Assembly: GCA_947585595.1 (NCBI GenBank)
Contig: CANPXB010000002.1
Span: 6,841 to 70,840, forward strand
From: an uncultured Bacilli bacterium
GTDB taxonomy: Bacteria > Bacillota_I > Bacilli_A > RF39 > UBA660
Direction of reading: 5' to 3'
Length of the DNA stretch: 64,000 nt
Of the stretch, positions 51,552 to 62,914 are shown one piece after another (the stretch's first letter is position 1; every line of letters starts with the position of its first letter). The position numbers and the translations under genes are program-made. The notes beneath the pieces were generated by a model. That model worked only from the letters and a program-made list of their open reading frames with translations, made no database searches and was not told the origin of the DNA.

Positions 51552-52928
51552 ATGGAAAAGAAAAAACCTAATATCGTTTTATATACTCTACTTATGATTT
51601 TTTTATTCGTTATTATTACTGAAGGTATTATCTGGGGATATGGTGGAAGCTTACTATATACATCAATAACTAACTTCCCTCAAGGTGACTTAGTAATAAG
51701 TGAAGCTGTCTTAGCTATTATGGTCCTAATAGTTATGTTAATTTTTAAAAACTCCTATGTTTTTACGCAAAAGAAAGAAAAATTAGGAACAAGTTTATAT
51801 TATGGCTTATTCTATTTAATCGGTGCTGGTTTTTATACAATCATGTCTGGTGTTATAGCTGGTGGCTTATTTAGTGGTCCATTAACTATCGTTAACTTAG
51901 TAATTGGTTGTTTATTAGTAGGTATTTGTGAAGAATTTCTATGTCGTGGTTGGTTACTTAATGAATTCTTAGAAAGATTTGGTGATACTAAAAAAGGTAT
52001 TTGGTATTCCATTATTATCAGTGGTATTATCTTTGGTTTAATGCATCTTGGTAATATCTTTACTGTTCATCAGGGTGTCATAACAACTATTATGCAAGTA
52101 ATTAATGCCATGGGTTCAGGTATTCTATTTGGTTTAATCTATTACAAAACAAAAAACATTTGGTCTGTTATCATCCTACATGGTTTATGGGACTTCTCCG
52201 TATTCCTAGGAGATGTTGCACCTGTTACTGTAGCAACTGAATATTTCTCAACTATATCTATTCTTAGTTTAATCTTTACCATCTTAATTGTTCTATCACA
52301 ATTAATTAATATTATTCCATATCTTAAAGATATCAATGCTAAACCTAAAAAAGGAGTTATTGCATACCTAGCTATTTTAAGCTTCTTCCTATATATGTTC
52401 TTTTCAATCTTTATTGGTAATTTAACTACTAAATATGGTGAAACATATAAATATGATAGTATAAAACTTAAAAACTATGCTGTTACAAGAGATAATTATG
52501 AAGAGTATACAATGCGTTTCAATGAATTTGAAAATTACTCATTTACTCTAAGTCAAAATAAACATCATAACTTAGTCTTAACTAATAATAATACTGAATA
52601 TGCTATTGAAATAGAATGTGAAGATTTAAGAGATTATTTAATCATTGAACAAAAAGATTACTTTATTCTAAGCTATATAGATTATACTGATAGTCGAAAC
52701 TATTTCTTAAAATACATCTATTTACCAAAAAAAGAACTATCTAATGAAGATAGCTATCTAAATAACATTAAAAATAATCTAAAAAAATACTTAATACCTA
52801 CTTCTGGTGAATTATTAGTATTAAGTGATTATGATAATAATATTTCTTATGTTAGTTCTTATGATGTTGATTCAGGTTACTATGTTTTAGTTAGTGAAGA
52901 CAATGTTTCTATCTTAAATAGAGATTAA
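51552..52928 (+). CDS. CPBP (Abi/CAAX) intramembrane metalloprotease with C-terminal extracellular domain
   Basis: EEFLCRG, FGLMH, HGLWD. Confidence 0.9.
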   Translation: MEKKKPNIVLYTLLMIFLFVIITEGIIWGYGGSLLYTSITNFPQGDLVISEAVLAIMVLIVMLIFKNSYVFTQKKEKLGTSLYYGLFYLIGAGFYTIMSGVIAGGLFSGPLTIVNLVIGCLLVGICEEFLCRGWLLNEFLERFGDTKKGIWYSIIISGIIFGLMHLGNIFTVHQGVITTIMQVINAMGSGILFGLIYYKTKNIWSVIILHGLWDFSVFLGDVAPVTVATEYFSTISILSLIFTILIVLSQLINIIPYLKDINAKPKKGVIAYLAILSFFLYMFFSIFIGNLTTKYGETYKYDSIKLKNYAVTRDNYEEYTMRFNEFENYSFTLSQNKHHNLVLTNNNTEYAIEIECEDLRDYLIIEQKDYFILSYIDYTDSRNYFLKYIYLPKKELSNEDSYLNNIKNNLKKYLIPTSGELLVLSDYDNNISYVSSYDVDSGYYVLVSEDNVSILNRD

Positions 52929-52975
52929 TATGGTATAATATCTCCTGGCAGTCAAAAATAAAGGAGGTATTATAT

Positions 52976-53485
52976 ATGAAAACAAGATGCAAAATATTCA
53001 TCGCCGCCATTCTAAGTTGTGGTATAGCAACTAGTGTTAAAGCTTGTAGTGGTAATATAAAAATATCTAAACCTCCAATCATCAATTATGAACAATATGA
53101 TATTGAAGATAATCCCATCTTTGCTACTTATGAAGATGGCCAAATATATATTGTTGATAATGAAGAAGACATTAAACCAACACCAAATGATATAGTTATT
53201 GTTGATTTACGTGATGTTAAAGAAGATATGCAAATATCTTCTTCATATCGTATTGAAGACATTCCAACTCAATTAGAAATAATTAATTTAATCTTAGAAT
53301 ATAATGAATTACATCCCAGTGATACTCCTTGGGATAGATCAAAAAATTCTATGTTAAATGAATGGATAGCTCATAATATAGCTTATTTCTTTAACTATGA
53401 AAGACAAAGTAGTGAAAGTGTCGACTTTCAAAATAACGAAGAAGAAAGATACGATGTCTTAAAACTTATTAAAAAACCAAAATAG
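52976..53485 (+). CDS. Hypothetical exported protein/lipoprotein
   Basis: AAGGAGGT RBS, signal-like N-terminus with VKAC. Confidence 0.65.
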   Translation: MKTRCKIFIAAILSCGIATSVKACSGNIKISKPPIINYEQYDIEDNPIFATYEDGQIYIVDNEEDIKPTPNDIVIVDLRDVKEDMQISSSYRIEDIPTQLEIINLILEYNELHPSDTPWDRSKNSMLNEWIAHNIAYFFNYERQSSESVDFQNNEEERYDVLKLIKKPK

Positions 53486-53584
53486 AATATAATCTCATAT
53501 ATTCTATTTTTTATAGTTAAAATATTCATAGTCAAAACTAAACATTACATGATATAATTTACTAAAATAAGGAAGTGTAATCTA

Positions 53585-54967
53585 ATGAATAATAATTCAG
53601 ATAATAACAATAACAATCAAATAGGTTCTACTCCACCACCTGATTTTAATACTATTTTTGGTATTCCTCCAGAGTCAGAACCACAACCAAATGAGCCTAC
53701 TGAGACACTAGAACCAGTTCAAGCACCTGAAACACTAGAACCATCTCAATCACAAAATCAATTTTTTCAAACGACTCCTAACGATAACAATCAAAGTACT
53801 AATAACGAAGTATTAAGTCAACCTATAGAAACACCAAATAATAATCCAATAACTCCTACTGAACTTAATAACCAATCAATACCAGATAATAATCTGACAC
53901 CAGAAACACCAAATACAATTGATTATCAAAATAACTATATCGATGATGATATATTATTAAAATCATTTATTGGTAATAATTATGAAAAAATAACTACTAA
54001 ATCCTTTAATATAGCTGCTTTCTTTTTTACAGCCCTATATATGTTTTATCGTAAAATGTTTCTATATGGCTTACTATTAATTATTATAAGTACTATCTTA
54101 TCATTTATATTTAAATCATCATTTATTTCCTTAATAATCTGTGTTTTAGTTGGTTTATTTATTAACAAAATATATATTTCTTTTGCTAAAAATAAGATAG
54201 CCAAAATAAAAGCTAGTCATCCACTTAGTTCATCAGAAGAATTAAGAGCTCTTTGTACTAAAAAAGGTGGTACAAGTATTGGAACAGTAATTCTAGGTAT
54301 TCTTATCCAAACAGTAATTGGTATCATATCTATATTAGTTCTAGTATTAATTGGCTTTGGTAATATTTTAAAAGACTTTACTAATCTTCCAGATTGGAAT
54401 GTTACTTTTGAAAAAGATAATCAAAATCAAGAAGAAGGAAATCTAGTTGAAGATATCACAATTGATAACTATATGTGTTATGAAAAAGATTGTACACTTA
54501 CTATAGTTGATAAAAATAATAATTCAACAGAATATACTTCTAAGTCAATTGATACTGAATACTTAAGATTATTAGAACATTATAAAGACTATATTAAAAT
54601 AAATATCTATTATTCAGAAAAAAATATTACTAGTATAAAAACTTACACTAAAGATAATAATGAAGATATCAGTAATATTAAAGATGAAGAATCATTAAGA
54701 AAAAAATTAGGTTTATATACTTTAGGAACTTATACTGAAAATTTAACTTTAACTAGTATTGGTACTCCAGGTTTTGGTGTTAAAGATGATTATTCATACA
54801 CATATTCAAGTTATAAATTTACTGATAGTAAAAATAATAATTATGAAATGAAATATATTAATCCTCCTAGTACTTTAAATCTTAAAGAAGGACAATCATA
54901 TAAAGTTACTTTTGAAGTTGTTGAAGGAACATTCGAATATGAATATAATATAAAATCAATTCAATAA
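53585..54967 (+). CDS. DUF2628-like membrane protein with N/P/Q-rich disordered N-terminus
   Basis: FIGNNYE...FNIAAFFFTALYMFYRKM...KKGGTS. Confidence 0.75.
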   Translation: MNNNSDNNNNNQIGSTPPPDFNTIFGIPPESEPQPNEPTETLEPVQAPETLEPSQSQNQFFQTTPNDNNQSTNNEVLSQPIETPNNNPITPTELNNQSIPDNNLTPETPNTIDYQNNYIDDDILLKSFIGNNYEKITTKSFNIAAFFFTALYMFYRKMFLYGLLLIIISTILSFIFKSSFISLIICVLVGLFINKIYISFAKNKIAKIKASHPLSSSEELRALCTKKGGTSIGTVILGILIQTVIGIISILVLVLIGFGNILKDFTNLPDWNVTFEKDNQNQEEGNLVEDITIDNYMCYEKDCTLTIVDKNNNSTEYTSKSIDTEYLRLLEHYKDYIKINIYYSEKNITSIKTYTKDNNEDISNIKDEESLRKKLGLYTLGTYTENLTLTSIGTPGFGVKDDYSYTYSSYKFTDSKNNNYEMKYINPPSTLNLKEGQSYKVTFEVVEGTFEYEYNIKSIQ

Positions 54968-55011
54968 ACAAAAAAACTTACAAGCATTATCGTTTGTAAG
55001 TTATTTTTATA

Positions 55012-55085
55012 TGGAGGGGCCTACCGGATTCGAACCGGTGCTCAGGGAGTTGCAGTCCCTTGCCTTACCGCTTGGCTAAAGCCCC
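55012..55085 (-). tRNA. tRNA-Cys (GCA)
   Basis: Reverse complement GGGGCTTTAGCCAAGCGGTAAGGCAAGGGACTGCAACTCCCTGAGCACCGGTTCGAATCCGGTAGGCCCCTCCA folds as a cloverleaf with encoded CCA. Confidence 0.97.
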
Positions 55086-55145
55086 ATTAAAACATATCCG
55101 AAGACATGTCTTAATTTTATAATAATGATATGTAAAAGTCAATTA

Positions 55146-56762
55146 CTATTTAACTGATACAGTATAAATTTTATTACGAACTTTTATTAACATATCAATT
55201 TTACTAGCTCTTAGCATATTACCTGATACTTCATATACTTTAGCATCTTTATATCCTTCTGGGGTTACATTTTTCATTGTACTAACATTATATTTATCAA
55301 TACCAGCATCTACTCCTGAAACAAAATTATATGTATAACTTAAAGAACAAAAATCACTATAAAAGTCTTGACCACTATTTGCATAATAAGCCGTTGTTTG
55401 ATCCCATTTTATTTCATCTTTAATTATTACTAAAGCATTACCTGGTGATGGTACTAAAATACCTGATATATCAACACATTTATCCCCAACACAATTCTTA
55501 GAACTATAATTATAATGATCTACGACTTTTAAACTATCTAACTTATATATTGTCTCACCTATCATTGAATTTTTAAAAGATATTTCTGTTCCAGTTTTAT
55601 ATTTATCTTTTACAATATCTGTTTTAATAATATTAGTTGGTTTAATATTAATCTTTTTATATCTCTTAATTAACTTCTTATCTTTTTGTGTTAAACCATT
55701 AAGAATTCTCATTTGATAAGAGTTCTTAACTTGTTTCTTAGTTAATTCATATACAAAGACATATTCTCCTCCTGGATAATCTTTAACATTAGGAATAGTC
55801 TCTCCTTGATATACTTTACCAACATCAATAAATCTAGCCGCCCTATCATAACTTGGATATACTGCTTCATTATCTAAGTATATTCTAAAATGTGAATTAT
55901 CTATACTAGTTGCAGCTCCATTATTTATAATTCCTAATTTAATTGCTAAATAATATTTATCATCACTAATAATATTTCCATGATAATCAACATTAGTTAA
56001 ATAAGCATCTTTTAAAGATATCGTAAATTTTTCCATTGTAAATGCTTGATTTACTGAATAAGTCTTATTATATACTTGAAAATTTAAAAATAATGAAACA
56101 ACTATGGCTATTAAAGCTACTGCCCCAAAACAACTAAAGACAAATTTATTTTCTAATACATAATATTTTAATTCTCTAATTAAATGAACAAGAACTTTCT
56201 TAAGACTTTTATCTTCACTACCTAAACGTAGTTCAATATTCTCATCATCATTATCAGCAATAATTAACTCAGCATTATTATCAAACCTTAAGGTTCTAAC
56301 ATTAAATCCTGCTCCTTTAGCTAATCCAACAACGATAAAAAAGTATGATGGAATAGAACTTAAATTAGCACAGTCTCTAACAAAGTTAGCAAATGTTTCA
56401 TCTATTGCTGATAATTGCATTCCTTCCATAGTAACTCTAAAGAAGAATGCTAAAAATAACAATATAATATAATAAAAGGAAGCTGTTAAAAAATATAAAA
56501 CCCTTTTCTTTTTCGTTAAACATACAAAGTATATACCTAAGTTTACGGCAATCATTACTACCAGAACAAAGAAAGTAAAACCAGTAACATATTTAGTTGC
56601 ATAATCAGTTTCAACTGTCGTATAGTTAGATTTAACAAAATCTCTAAAGAAAGACCCAATATCTCCAAACTTAAGGGCTAAATATATTAAAGGAACTAAT
56701 AACAATAAATTAATTATCTTATAATGTTTAGCAATAAAACTATAAGGGTTTCTAATTACCAT
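55146..56762 (-). CDS. Hypothetical multi-TM protein with extracellular Ig-like C-terminus
   Basis: About 5 TM segments, GGAGGG RBS. Confidence 0.7.
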   Translation of the reverse strand: MVIRNPYSFIAKHYKIINLLLLVPLIYLALKFGDIGSFFRDFVKSNYTTVETDYATKYVTGFTFFVLVVMIAVNLGIYFVCLTKKKRVLYFLTASFYYIILLFLAFFFRVTMEGMQLSAIDETFANFVRDCANLSSIPSYFFIVVGLAKGAGFNVRTLRFDNNAELIIADNDDENIELRLGSEDKSLKKVLVHLIRELKYYVLENKFVFSCFGAVALIAIVVSLFLNFQVYNKTYSVNQAFTMEKFTISLKDAYLTNVDYHGNIISDDKYYLAIKLGIINNGAATSIDNSHFRIYLDNEAVYPSYDRAARFIDVGKVYQGETIPNVKDYPGGEYVFVYELTKKQVKNSYQMRILNGLTQKDKKLIKRYKKINIKPTNIIKTDIVKDKYKTGTEISFKNSMIGETIYKLDSLKVVDHYNYSSKNCVGDKCVDISGILVPSPGNALVIIKDEIKWDQTTAYYANSGQDFYSDFCSLSYTYNFVSGVDAGIDKYNVSTMKNVTPEGYKDAKVYEVSGNMLRASKIDMLIKVRNKIYTVSVK

Positions 56763-56832
56763 GTAATGCCCCTCCTACTCTAATATTAATTATATCACAC
56801 ATAATAAAAAGAAAAAATATGATTACTCATAT

Positions 56833-57282
56833 TTAATTCTTCTTAACTAATAATTGTCCTGGTAATAAATAAATAGTTTCATTAGTATCAACTACTTCAC
56901 CTTTAGATAAATTAAACTTCTCACTAACTATCTCTAAAGTATCTCCATCTTTAGTAACATAATAACTATAATTATTCTTAGGAATTAATATTTCTTGTTC
57001 AGGATAAATATAATCTTGACTATCTAAGCCATTAAGTATAGCTAATAAGTCAGGATTAATATTATATTCTCTAGCTATAGCATATAATGAATCTCCCTTT
57101 TTAATAGTATAATAATCAAAATATTTTTCTTTATTAATTGGCACTATTATCTCTTTGCCTGCTCTGATCATATCAGGAAAAGGTATATTATTTAAATCCA
57201 TAATAATACTTTCTTTAGTATTAAATTTCTTTGCAATACTCTTTATATCATCACCTGGTTGTATTAGGTATTTATCATACAT
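56833..57282 (-). CDS. Triple-LysM peptidoglycan-binding protein, no signal peptide
   Basis: YLIQPGDDIKSIAKKF, YTIKKGDSLYAIAREY, YVTKDGDTLEIVSEKF. Confidence 0.9.
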   Translation of the reverse strand: MYDKYLIQPGDDIKSIAKKFNTKESIIMDLNNIPFPDMIRAGKEIIVPINKEKYFDYYTIKKGDSLYAIAREYNINPDLLAILNGLDSQDYIYPEQEILIPKNNYSYYVTKDGDTLEIVSEKFNLSKGEVVDTNETIYLLPGQLLVKKN

Positions 57283-57320
57283 AAAATCACTCCTAATATA
57301 ACTTATGATTAATTTTAAAA

Positions 57321-58472
57321 TTAGTTATTAATAAATATTAAATTTTGATAATTAAATTCCCATTCACTATATTCTACTAATTTAGTTTCTCCTTCTAAAG
57401 GATTATATTTATATAAAGTATTATCTACTAAGTAATATACATTCTCTTCATTATTATAAACAATATATCTAATTTTATTATTTGATACTTTAATCTTATC
57501 TTTATTATTCCAATAATATAAATATAAATTATTATCTTCTACTACATAGTTATAATTAGTTTTATAAGTAAAAGACTTATTATTAGCTACTAAAGATTTA
57601 ATATTAATCTTTTCTTCAACTCCATTTTTATATATAACACCATTCTTATTCTTTGAAGCTAGAATACGCATCTTCTTTTTATGTGGAACTAATTCATATT
57701 CAATTCCACTCTTTTTATCAACTAAATATATTGATTTATCATTAATACCTAGAATATAACTATCATATGATATAGTATAATCCATCTTCCAAGTATCTAC
57801 TTTTAAATCATCTAAGTTAATTAGATATAATCTATTAAATTCATATTCTTGTTCATAATCTGGAACTACTAAGTAATTATTAATCTTTGTAGCTAAAGGT
57901 ATATCATAAATATCTTTATTAAATAGTTTAATAAATTCTACTTCTCCTCCATCTAAGTAATTAAATCCTTTATAATTCCATATTAAAACATTCGTATAAG
58001 TATTATATATTTTATAATTTTCATACGTTATATTCTTCTCCGTTGGCTTATCATAATATTCATTAAGTTCATCAAGTAATTCATCATTTACTAAATAAAA
58101 TGATATTTGTTTATTCTCATAACTACATAATGGTCTTGTCTTTAAACTAGAACTTTTAACTTCTAAGCATACATAACCATCACTTTCATACTTTTCAATA
58201 TTATTAATAAGTTTTTTCTCTTTTTGATAATCTGTCTCACTTATAAAAGTATATCTTATATCATTATCTGTTATTTCATAATAATATAAATTATTATCTT
58301 TATCATAGTTTTCATTTATCTTATAATCTTTTACATTATATTCTAAACTATATGACTTAACAGCAAATAATGACATAATAAACCATATTAGTGCTATAAC
58401 AGCAATTAAGATTAAAATTAGAACTATCATAGCACTCTTTTTTAATCTATATTTTTTCATTTTTATCTCCAA
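57321..58472 (-). CDS. Hypothetical membrane-anchored protein
   Basis: N-terminal TM, Tyr/Asn-rich beta ectodomain. Confidence 0.7.
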   Translation of the reverse strand: MEIKMKKYRLKKSAMIVLILILIAVIALIWFIMSLFAVKSYSLEYNVKDYKINENYDKDNNLYYYEITDNDIRYTFISETDYQKEKKLINNIEKYESDGYVCLEVKSSSLKTRPLCSYENKQISFYLVNDELLDELNEYYDKPTEKNITYENYKIYNTYTNVLIWNYKGFNYLDGGEVEFIKLFNKDIYDIPLATKINNYLVVPDYEQEYEFNRLYLINLDDLKVDTWKMDYTISYDSYILGINDKSIYLVDKKSGIEYELVPHKKKMRILASKNKNGVIYKNGVEEKINIKSLVANNKSFTYKTNYNYVVEDNNLYLYYWNNKDKIKVSNNKIRYIVYNNEENVYYLVDNTLYKYNPLEGETKLVEYSEWEFNYQNLIFINN

Positions 58473-58931
58473 CTATTCTGGTACTCTATTAAAAGAACCA
58501 TATTTCTTCTTTTCTTTCATCATAAATTCTGTAATAGCTGTTTCTACCTCAGGTAAACATTTCTTATCTAAGTTAGTTATAATTACTACTTCTTTAATTG
58601 TATCTATAGTAATCTTACCAAATAATAACCCTCTAAATACTTGCATATCATTATATAAATCAGGTGTTATTGAACTAAGTGAATATCCATATAAAACATG
58701 ATCTTGACCAATTAATATTCTTTTATTAGTTAAACATACTACACAAGTTGAAAATACATCTAACATATCATCATTCTTTTGACCCGCAAATGTATAAATT
58801 GGTTCTTCTCCAGGATTTAAATGTTGTTCTACTACTTTAGCATGTTTTCTAAGTCTCCACCATGTAATTGTCCCAGGGTATTTAGCTTTAAACATACATA
58901 CTTGATCATATACTTTTCCCATTTTATTCAC
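58473..58931 (-). CDS. Bacterial PH-domain protein
   Basis: LNPGEEPIY...VVCLTNKRILIG...GLLFGKITID. Confidence 0.75.
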   Translation of the reverse strand: MNKMGKVYDQVCMFKAKYPGTITWWRLRKHAKVVEQHLNPGEEPIYTFAGQKNDDMLDVFSTCVVCLTNKRILIGQDHVLYGYSLSSITPDLYNDMQVFRGLLFGKITIDTIKEVVIITNLDKKCLPEVETAITEFMMKEKKKYGSFNRVPE

Positions 58932-59439
58932 CTATTCCTTCTTCAAATTTATTTAAATATTCATTATTAAATGTCGTTATTGATAAAATCTTATTATTTC
59001 TTACTACCATTATATAATTACTATTTAATTCTTTAAATCTTTCATCTATATTATAAAATGCTATTACATCTTTATTAGATAATTTACTAGTTTCTAATAA
59101 ATATATATTTATTCTTCTATAATAAGCTATCTTATTAATTACTTCTAAGAACTTATTATAAGTATTAGAAGAATTATCTAATACTGCAATAACTCTTTCT
59201 TTATCACTCTTTAAATACTTCTTAAATTTACTATATTTAATTCTTTTATAGTATTCTTTATTCTTATCATAGCTTCCTTCAACTTTTTCATAGACATATT
59301 CTTCTGTTATATATCCCTCATCTTGTTGATTACTTAATTTATTTATAAAATAAACATTAGATACTACTAATATTAGTAAGATTATGATTAAAATAACATA
59401 TAACATTATAACTTTATTATGTTTAAACACCATAACCAC
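58924..59439 (-). CDS. Membrane-anchored hypothetical protein (possible thioredoxin-like fold, no CxxC)
   Basis: N-terminal TM, alpha/beta pattern. Confidence 0.6.
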   Translation of the reverse strand: MVMVFKHNKVIMLYVILIIILLILVVSNVYFINKLSNQQDEGYITEEYVYEKVEGSYDKNKEYYKRIKYSKFKKYLKSDKERVIAVLDNSSNTYNKFLEVINKIAYYRRINIYLLETSKLSNKDVIAFYNIDERFKELNSNYIMVVRNNKILSITTFNNEYLNKFEEGIGE

Positions 59440-59500
59440 CCTTTACTTAAGTTTATTTTATAATGATTTTTACGATAATGCAATAAAAAGGGAACTATCT

Positions 59501-60783
59501 CTAGCTCCTCATTTTAAGTACTATATAGACAATTCCTATTCCTATTCCACAAACTAAACCAACTATTGAAATAAGAACAGATGCCAATGTAAATCCCCCA
59601 TTATCTTTTTCTTTTTCTACTGTTAATTTAACATTATCTGTATTTTCTTTTTTTCTATTAGCTCTTATTGCATCTTTATGATCTTTTGGATTAATTGGAT
59701 ATTTCTTTTGAATCAAATCTAACTTAGTAGTAACTCTAACATTAAGACTTTGTGTAGCCATTGTTCTTTCTACTTTATTAGTTCTTTGACCTTTTTCTTT
59801 CTTAGCTTCCATCTCTTCAAAGCTACTAGCTACCTTATTTAAATTACTAAGTATCATATCTTCTAATACTGAAGCATGAGGAATATCTGTATTATTATAA
59901 ATTATTCTTCCTATTGCATCCGTATATAATTTCTTAGCATCAGCTATTGCTTGAGTTAATTTATTAATATCTTTCTGATACTTTTGAAATAATACTTCTA
60001 ATAAAGCATTTCTATCTATATACTTATTATTTAAAACATACTCATTATTTCCAATTAGTTCTTCTTTATTTAAATTACTTGATATTGAAATAGGAGCAAA
60101 GTAAGCATCCATCCATACTGGTTTACCATTATCATTAACTTTACTAATTAAATAATAATCAAAACCACGATATTTCTTACCGATTATATAATCAAATAAA
60201 ATCATTCTTAAATAATTTTTTCTAATTGCTTTACCTAATTTTACATCTATTGGTGTTCCAAGTTGAATCTCAATTGTTTTATTTAAAGCATATATACCTA
60301 AATCAATAATATCTCCTATTTGTTCTGGATCTTTAATACAACTTTCTTTAGAACCAGTAGGATATTTAAATATTTTATCTACCCATAAAGCTTCCTCAGA
60401 ATCTACTACTTTATCATTAATAGCATTAACTATCGCATTAATTGCTGCAGTTCCCGAAATACGTGTTTCTATATCTTTACTATAATTTAAAGTTGTAAAT
60501 GTTCCAACTGTCTTATCCTCAGTAACTATTCTTCTTGATTCTTCATGATCTATATCAAATAACTCAGCAATATCTGCTTTAATAATTGCATAATCATCTA
60601 TATACATTGTTTCTGGTTTTAAACTATTCATATTTAAAACCCCAAACACAGTATTATTTAATTGAACTAATTTTGAGCCGTCCTTAAAACTATTGAAAAC
60701 TTCAATAGAAATAGGTTCTTCCATACGGATTCCATTATCTAAAGATACGATATAATATTGTTCGTTTTTAAAGTCTTTATCCA
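59501..60783 (-). CDS. Tail-anchored hypothetical protein, possible HipA-like pseudokinase
   Basis: ORF track 59501..60856. Likely start MDKDFK near 60784 after AGGAG. C-terminal TM. Confidence 0.6.
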
Positions 60784-61029
60784 TAATAACAGCTCCTATT
60801 CTTATAACAAAATTATAGCAAATATTTGCTAAATATGATAGATAAAAATAATACAAAATATTATTTTACTCTCATAAACATAACTATTTATCTATTATAA
60901 CTCTGAAACATCCATAAGAATGTTATTTTTTTGTCAATATTTAACATGTTAATATAATTTATAATTATAATAAAGAACACTTTTAATTTTTATGATATAA
61001 TAACCTTATAATAGAAATGGGGTACTAAA

Positions 61030-61743
61030 ATGGCAACAGCTCATATAGAAAGTAACAAAGAAGATATTGCAAAAGTTGTATTAATGCCTGGCGATCCATT
61101 AAGAGCTAAATATATAGCTGATAAATACTTACAAAATGTTAAACAAGTTAACAAAGTTAGAAATATTTTTGCTTATACCGGAACCTATAAAGGAAGAACT
61201 ATAACTGTCTTTTCATCGGGTATGGGAAATCCTAGTATGGGAATTTATTCTTATGAATTATTTAAATTTTATGATGTTGATTATATAATTCGTATTGGTA
61301 CAGCTGGGGCTTATACAAAAGAATTAAAATTAATGGATTTATTAGTCGTAACTAATTGTTATTCTGAATCTGCTTATGCTAAAGAATTATATGGTGGACA
61401 AAGTTCTATAGCTACTGCTTCAAGTCTCGTCGTCCAAACAATAAAAGAAACAGCTTATGCTCAAGAACAAGTATTAAAATATGGCCGTGTTCATTGTGCT
61501 GATGCTTTCTATAATGAAAATATTGATATTCAAAAATTAGCTGAAGAATATGGTTGCCAAGCTGTTGAAATGGAAACTTTCGCTTTATTTAACAATGCCA
61601 AATTATTAAATAAAAATGCTGGCTGTATACTAACCGTTTCTAATAGTTTAATTACTAAAGAAGAAACAACTAGTGAACAAAGAGAAAAAGGCTTAGATGA
61701 TATGATTACTTTAGCTTTAGAAAGTGGTATTAGATTACTATGA
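61030..61743 (+). CDS. deoD: Purine nucleoside phosphorylase
   Basis: MPGDPLRAKYIA, GMGNPS, RIGTAG, VEME. Confidence 0.95.
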   Translation: MATAHIESNKEDIAKVVLMPGDPLRAKYIADKYLQNVKQVNKVRNIFAYTGTYKGRTITVFSSGMGNPSMGIYSYELFKFYDVDYIIRIGTAGAYTKELKLMDLLVVTNCYSESAYAKELYGGQSSIATASSLVVQTIKETAYAQEQVLKYGRVHCADAFYNENIDIQKLAEEYGCQAVEMETFALFNNAKLLNKNAGCILTVSNSLITKEETTSEQREKGLDDMITLALESGIRLL

Positions 61744-62699
61744 TTGATTTTCATAAAATACCTAAAGTAGAATTACATCTTCACTTAGATGGCTCTGTTC
61801 CTTTAAACCTTTTAAATAACGCAACAAATGAAGCGGTTGCTCCAGATAAATGTCGTAATTTAGCTGATTATTTAACTAAGTTCGATTTACCAATTGCTTA
61901 TCTAAAATACAAAGATAATTTAAGACTAGCATCTTATGAATTAAGTAAAGAATTAGAAAATGATGGTGTTATCTATGCAGAAGTAAGATATGCCCCTAAC
62001 CTTCTTTTAAGTGAAGAACTAGATTTAAACGAAACAGTTAAAACTATCTTAGAAGGTTTTAGTTTAGGTAACGTTAAAATAAATCTAATTCTTTGTATGA
62101 TGCGTCATCACTCATACGAAGAAAATCTTGCTGTAATAAATCTAGCCGAAAAATATTTAAATAAAGGTGTATGTGCTATTGACTTAGCTGGCGATGAAGA
62201 ACACTTCCCTACCAGTAACTTTAAAGAATTATTTAAAATAGCTAAAGAAAAGAATATACCTTATACTATTCATGCTGGAGAAGTAAACCTAAAAGATAGT
62301 TTAGAAAGTGCATTAAGTTATAATACAACAAGATTAGGTCATGGTATTCAAGCAATTAACTATCCCAATATTTTAAAACAAATAATTGATCAAAAAATCT
62401 TATTAGAAGTATGTCCAACAAGTAATATTCAAACTAATGTTATCGATACTTATGAAAATCATCCTATTAAAAAGTTATATGAATTAGGAGCTCTAATATC
62501 TATTAGTACTGATAATCGTACTGTATCAAATATTACTTTATCTGATGAATATGCTAAATTAAATAAATATTTTAATTTCACTATTCAAGATTTTTGTCGC
62601 TTTAATTACAATGCCATTAATAGTTCTTTTCTATCAAAAAAAGAAAAAGATGAATTAACCAATAAAATCTTAGAATATATGAAAAAAAGTATCGAATAA
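61740..62699 (+). CDS. add: Adenosine deaminase
   Basis: ELHLHLDGS, TIHAGE, RLGHG, EVCPTSN, STDN. Confidence 0.95.
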   Translation: MIDFHKIPKVELHLHLDGSVPLNLLNNATNEAVAPDKCRNLADYLTKFDLPIAYLKYKDNLRLASYELSKELENDGVIYAEVRYAPNLLLSEELDLNETVKTILEGFSLGNVKINLILCMMRHHSYEENLAVINLAEKYLNKGVCAIDLAGDEEHFPTSNFKELFKIAKEKNIPYTIHAGEVNLKDSLESALSYNTTRLGHGIQAINYPNILKQIIDQKILLEVCPTSNIQTNVIDTYENHPIKKLYELGALISISTDNRTVSNITLSDEYAKLNKYFNFTIQDFCRFNYNAINSSFLSKKEKDELTNKILEYMKKSIE

Positions 62700-62821
62700 G
62701 ATACTTTTTTTAGTTGTAATCCTTGTTTTAAAAACAAATGTTTGATATAATTACTTCAGGAATACTTAGTTAGTTTAGGTACTATTCTCCTTTACTTTTT
62801 AAAGTGAAAGGAGGTGCAGTT

Positions 62822-62914
62822 ATGAGAAAATCAGAGAGATATCTTTGTACTATCATAATACTCCTTATTATTGTGATTTTAATCATACTAATAAAAATAG
62901 TACCAACAATTTAA
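62822..62914 (+). CDS. 30-aa hydrophobic peptide, putative type I toxin
   Basis: MRKSERYLCTIIILLIIVILIILIKIVPTI. AAAGGAGGT RBS sequestered by CTCCTTT (62787-93). 5'/3' UTR long-range complementarity. Confidence 0.65.
   Translation: MRKSERYLCTIIILLIIVILIILIKIVPTI

Noticed and set aside
55012-55085. tRNA-Cys as an integration site
   Set aside because: No duplicated tRNA 3' end or nearby integrase seen.
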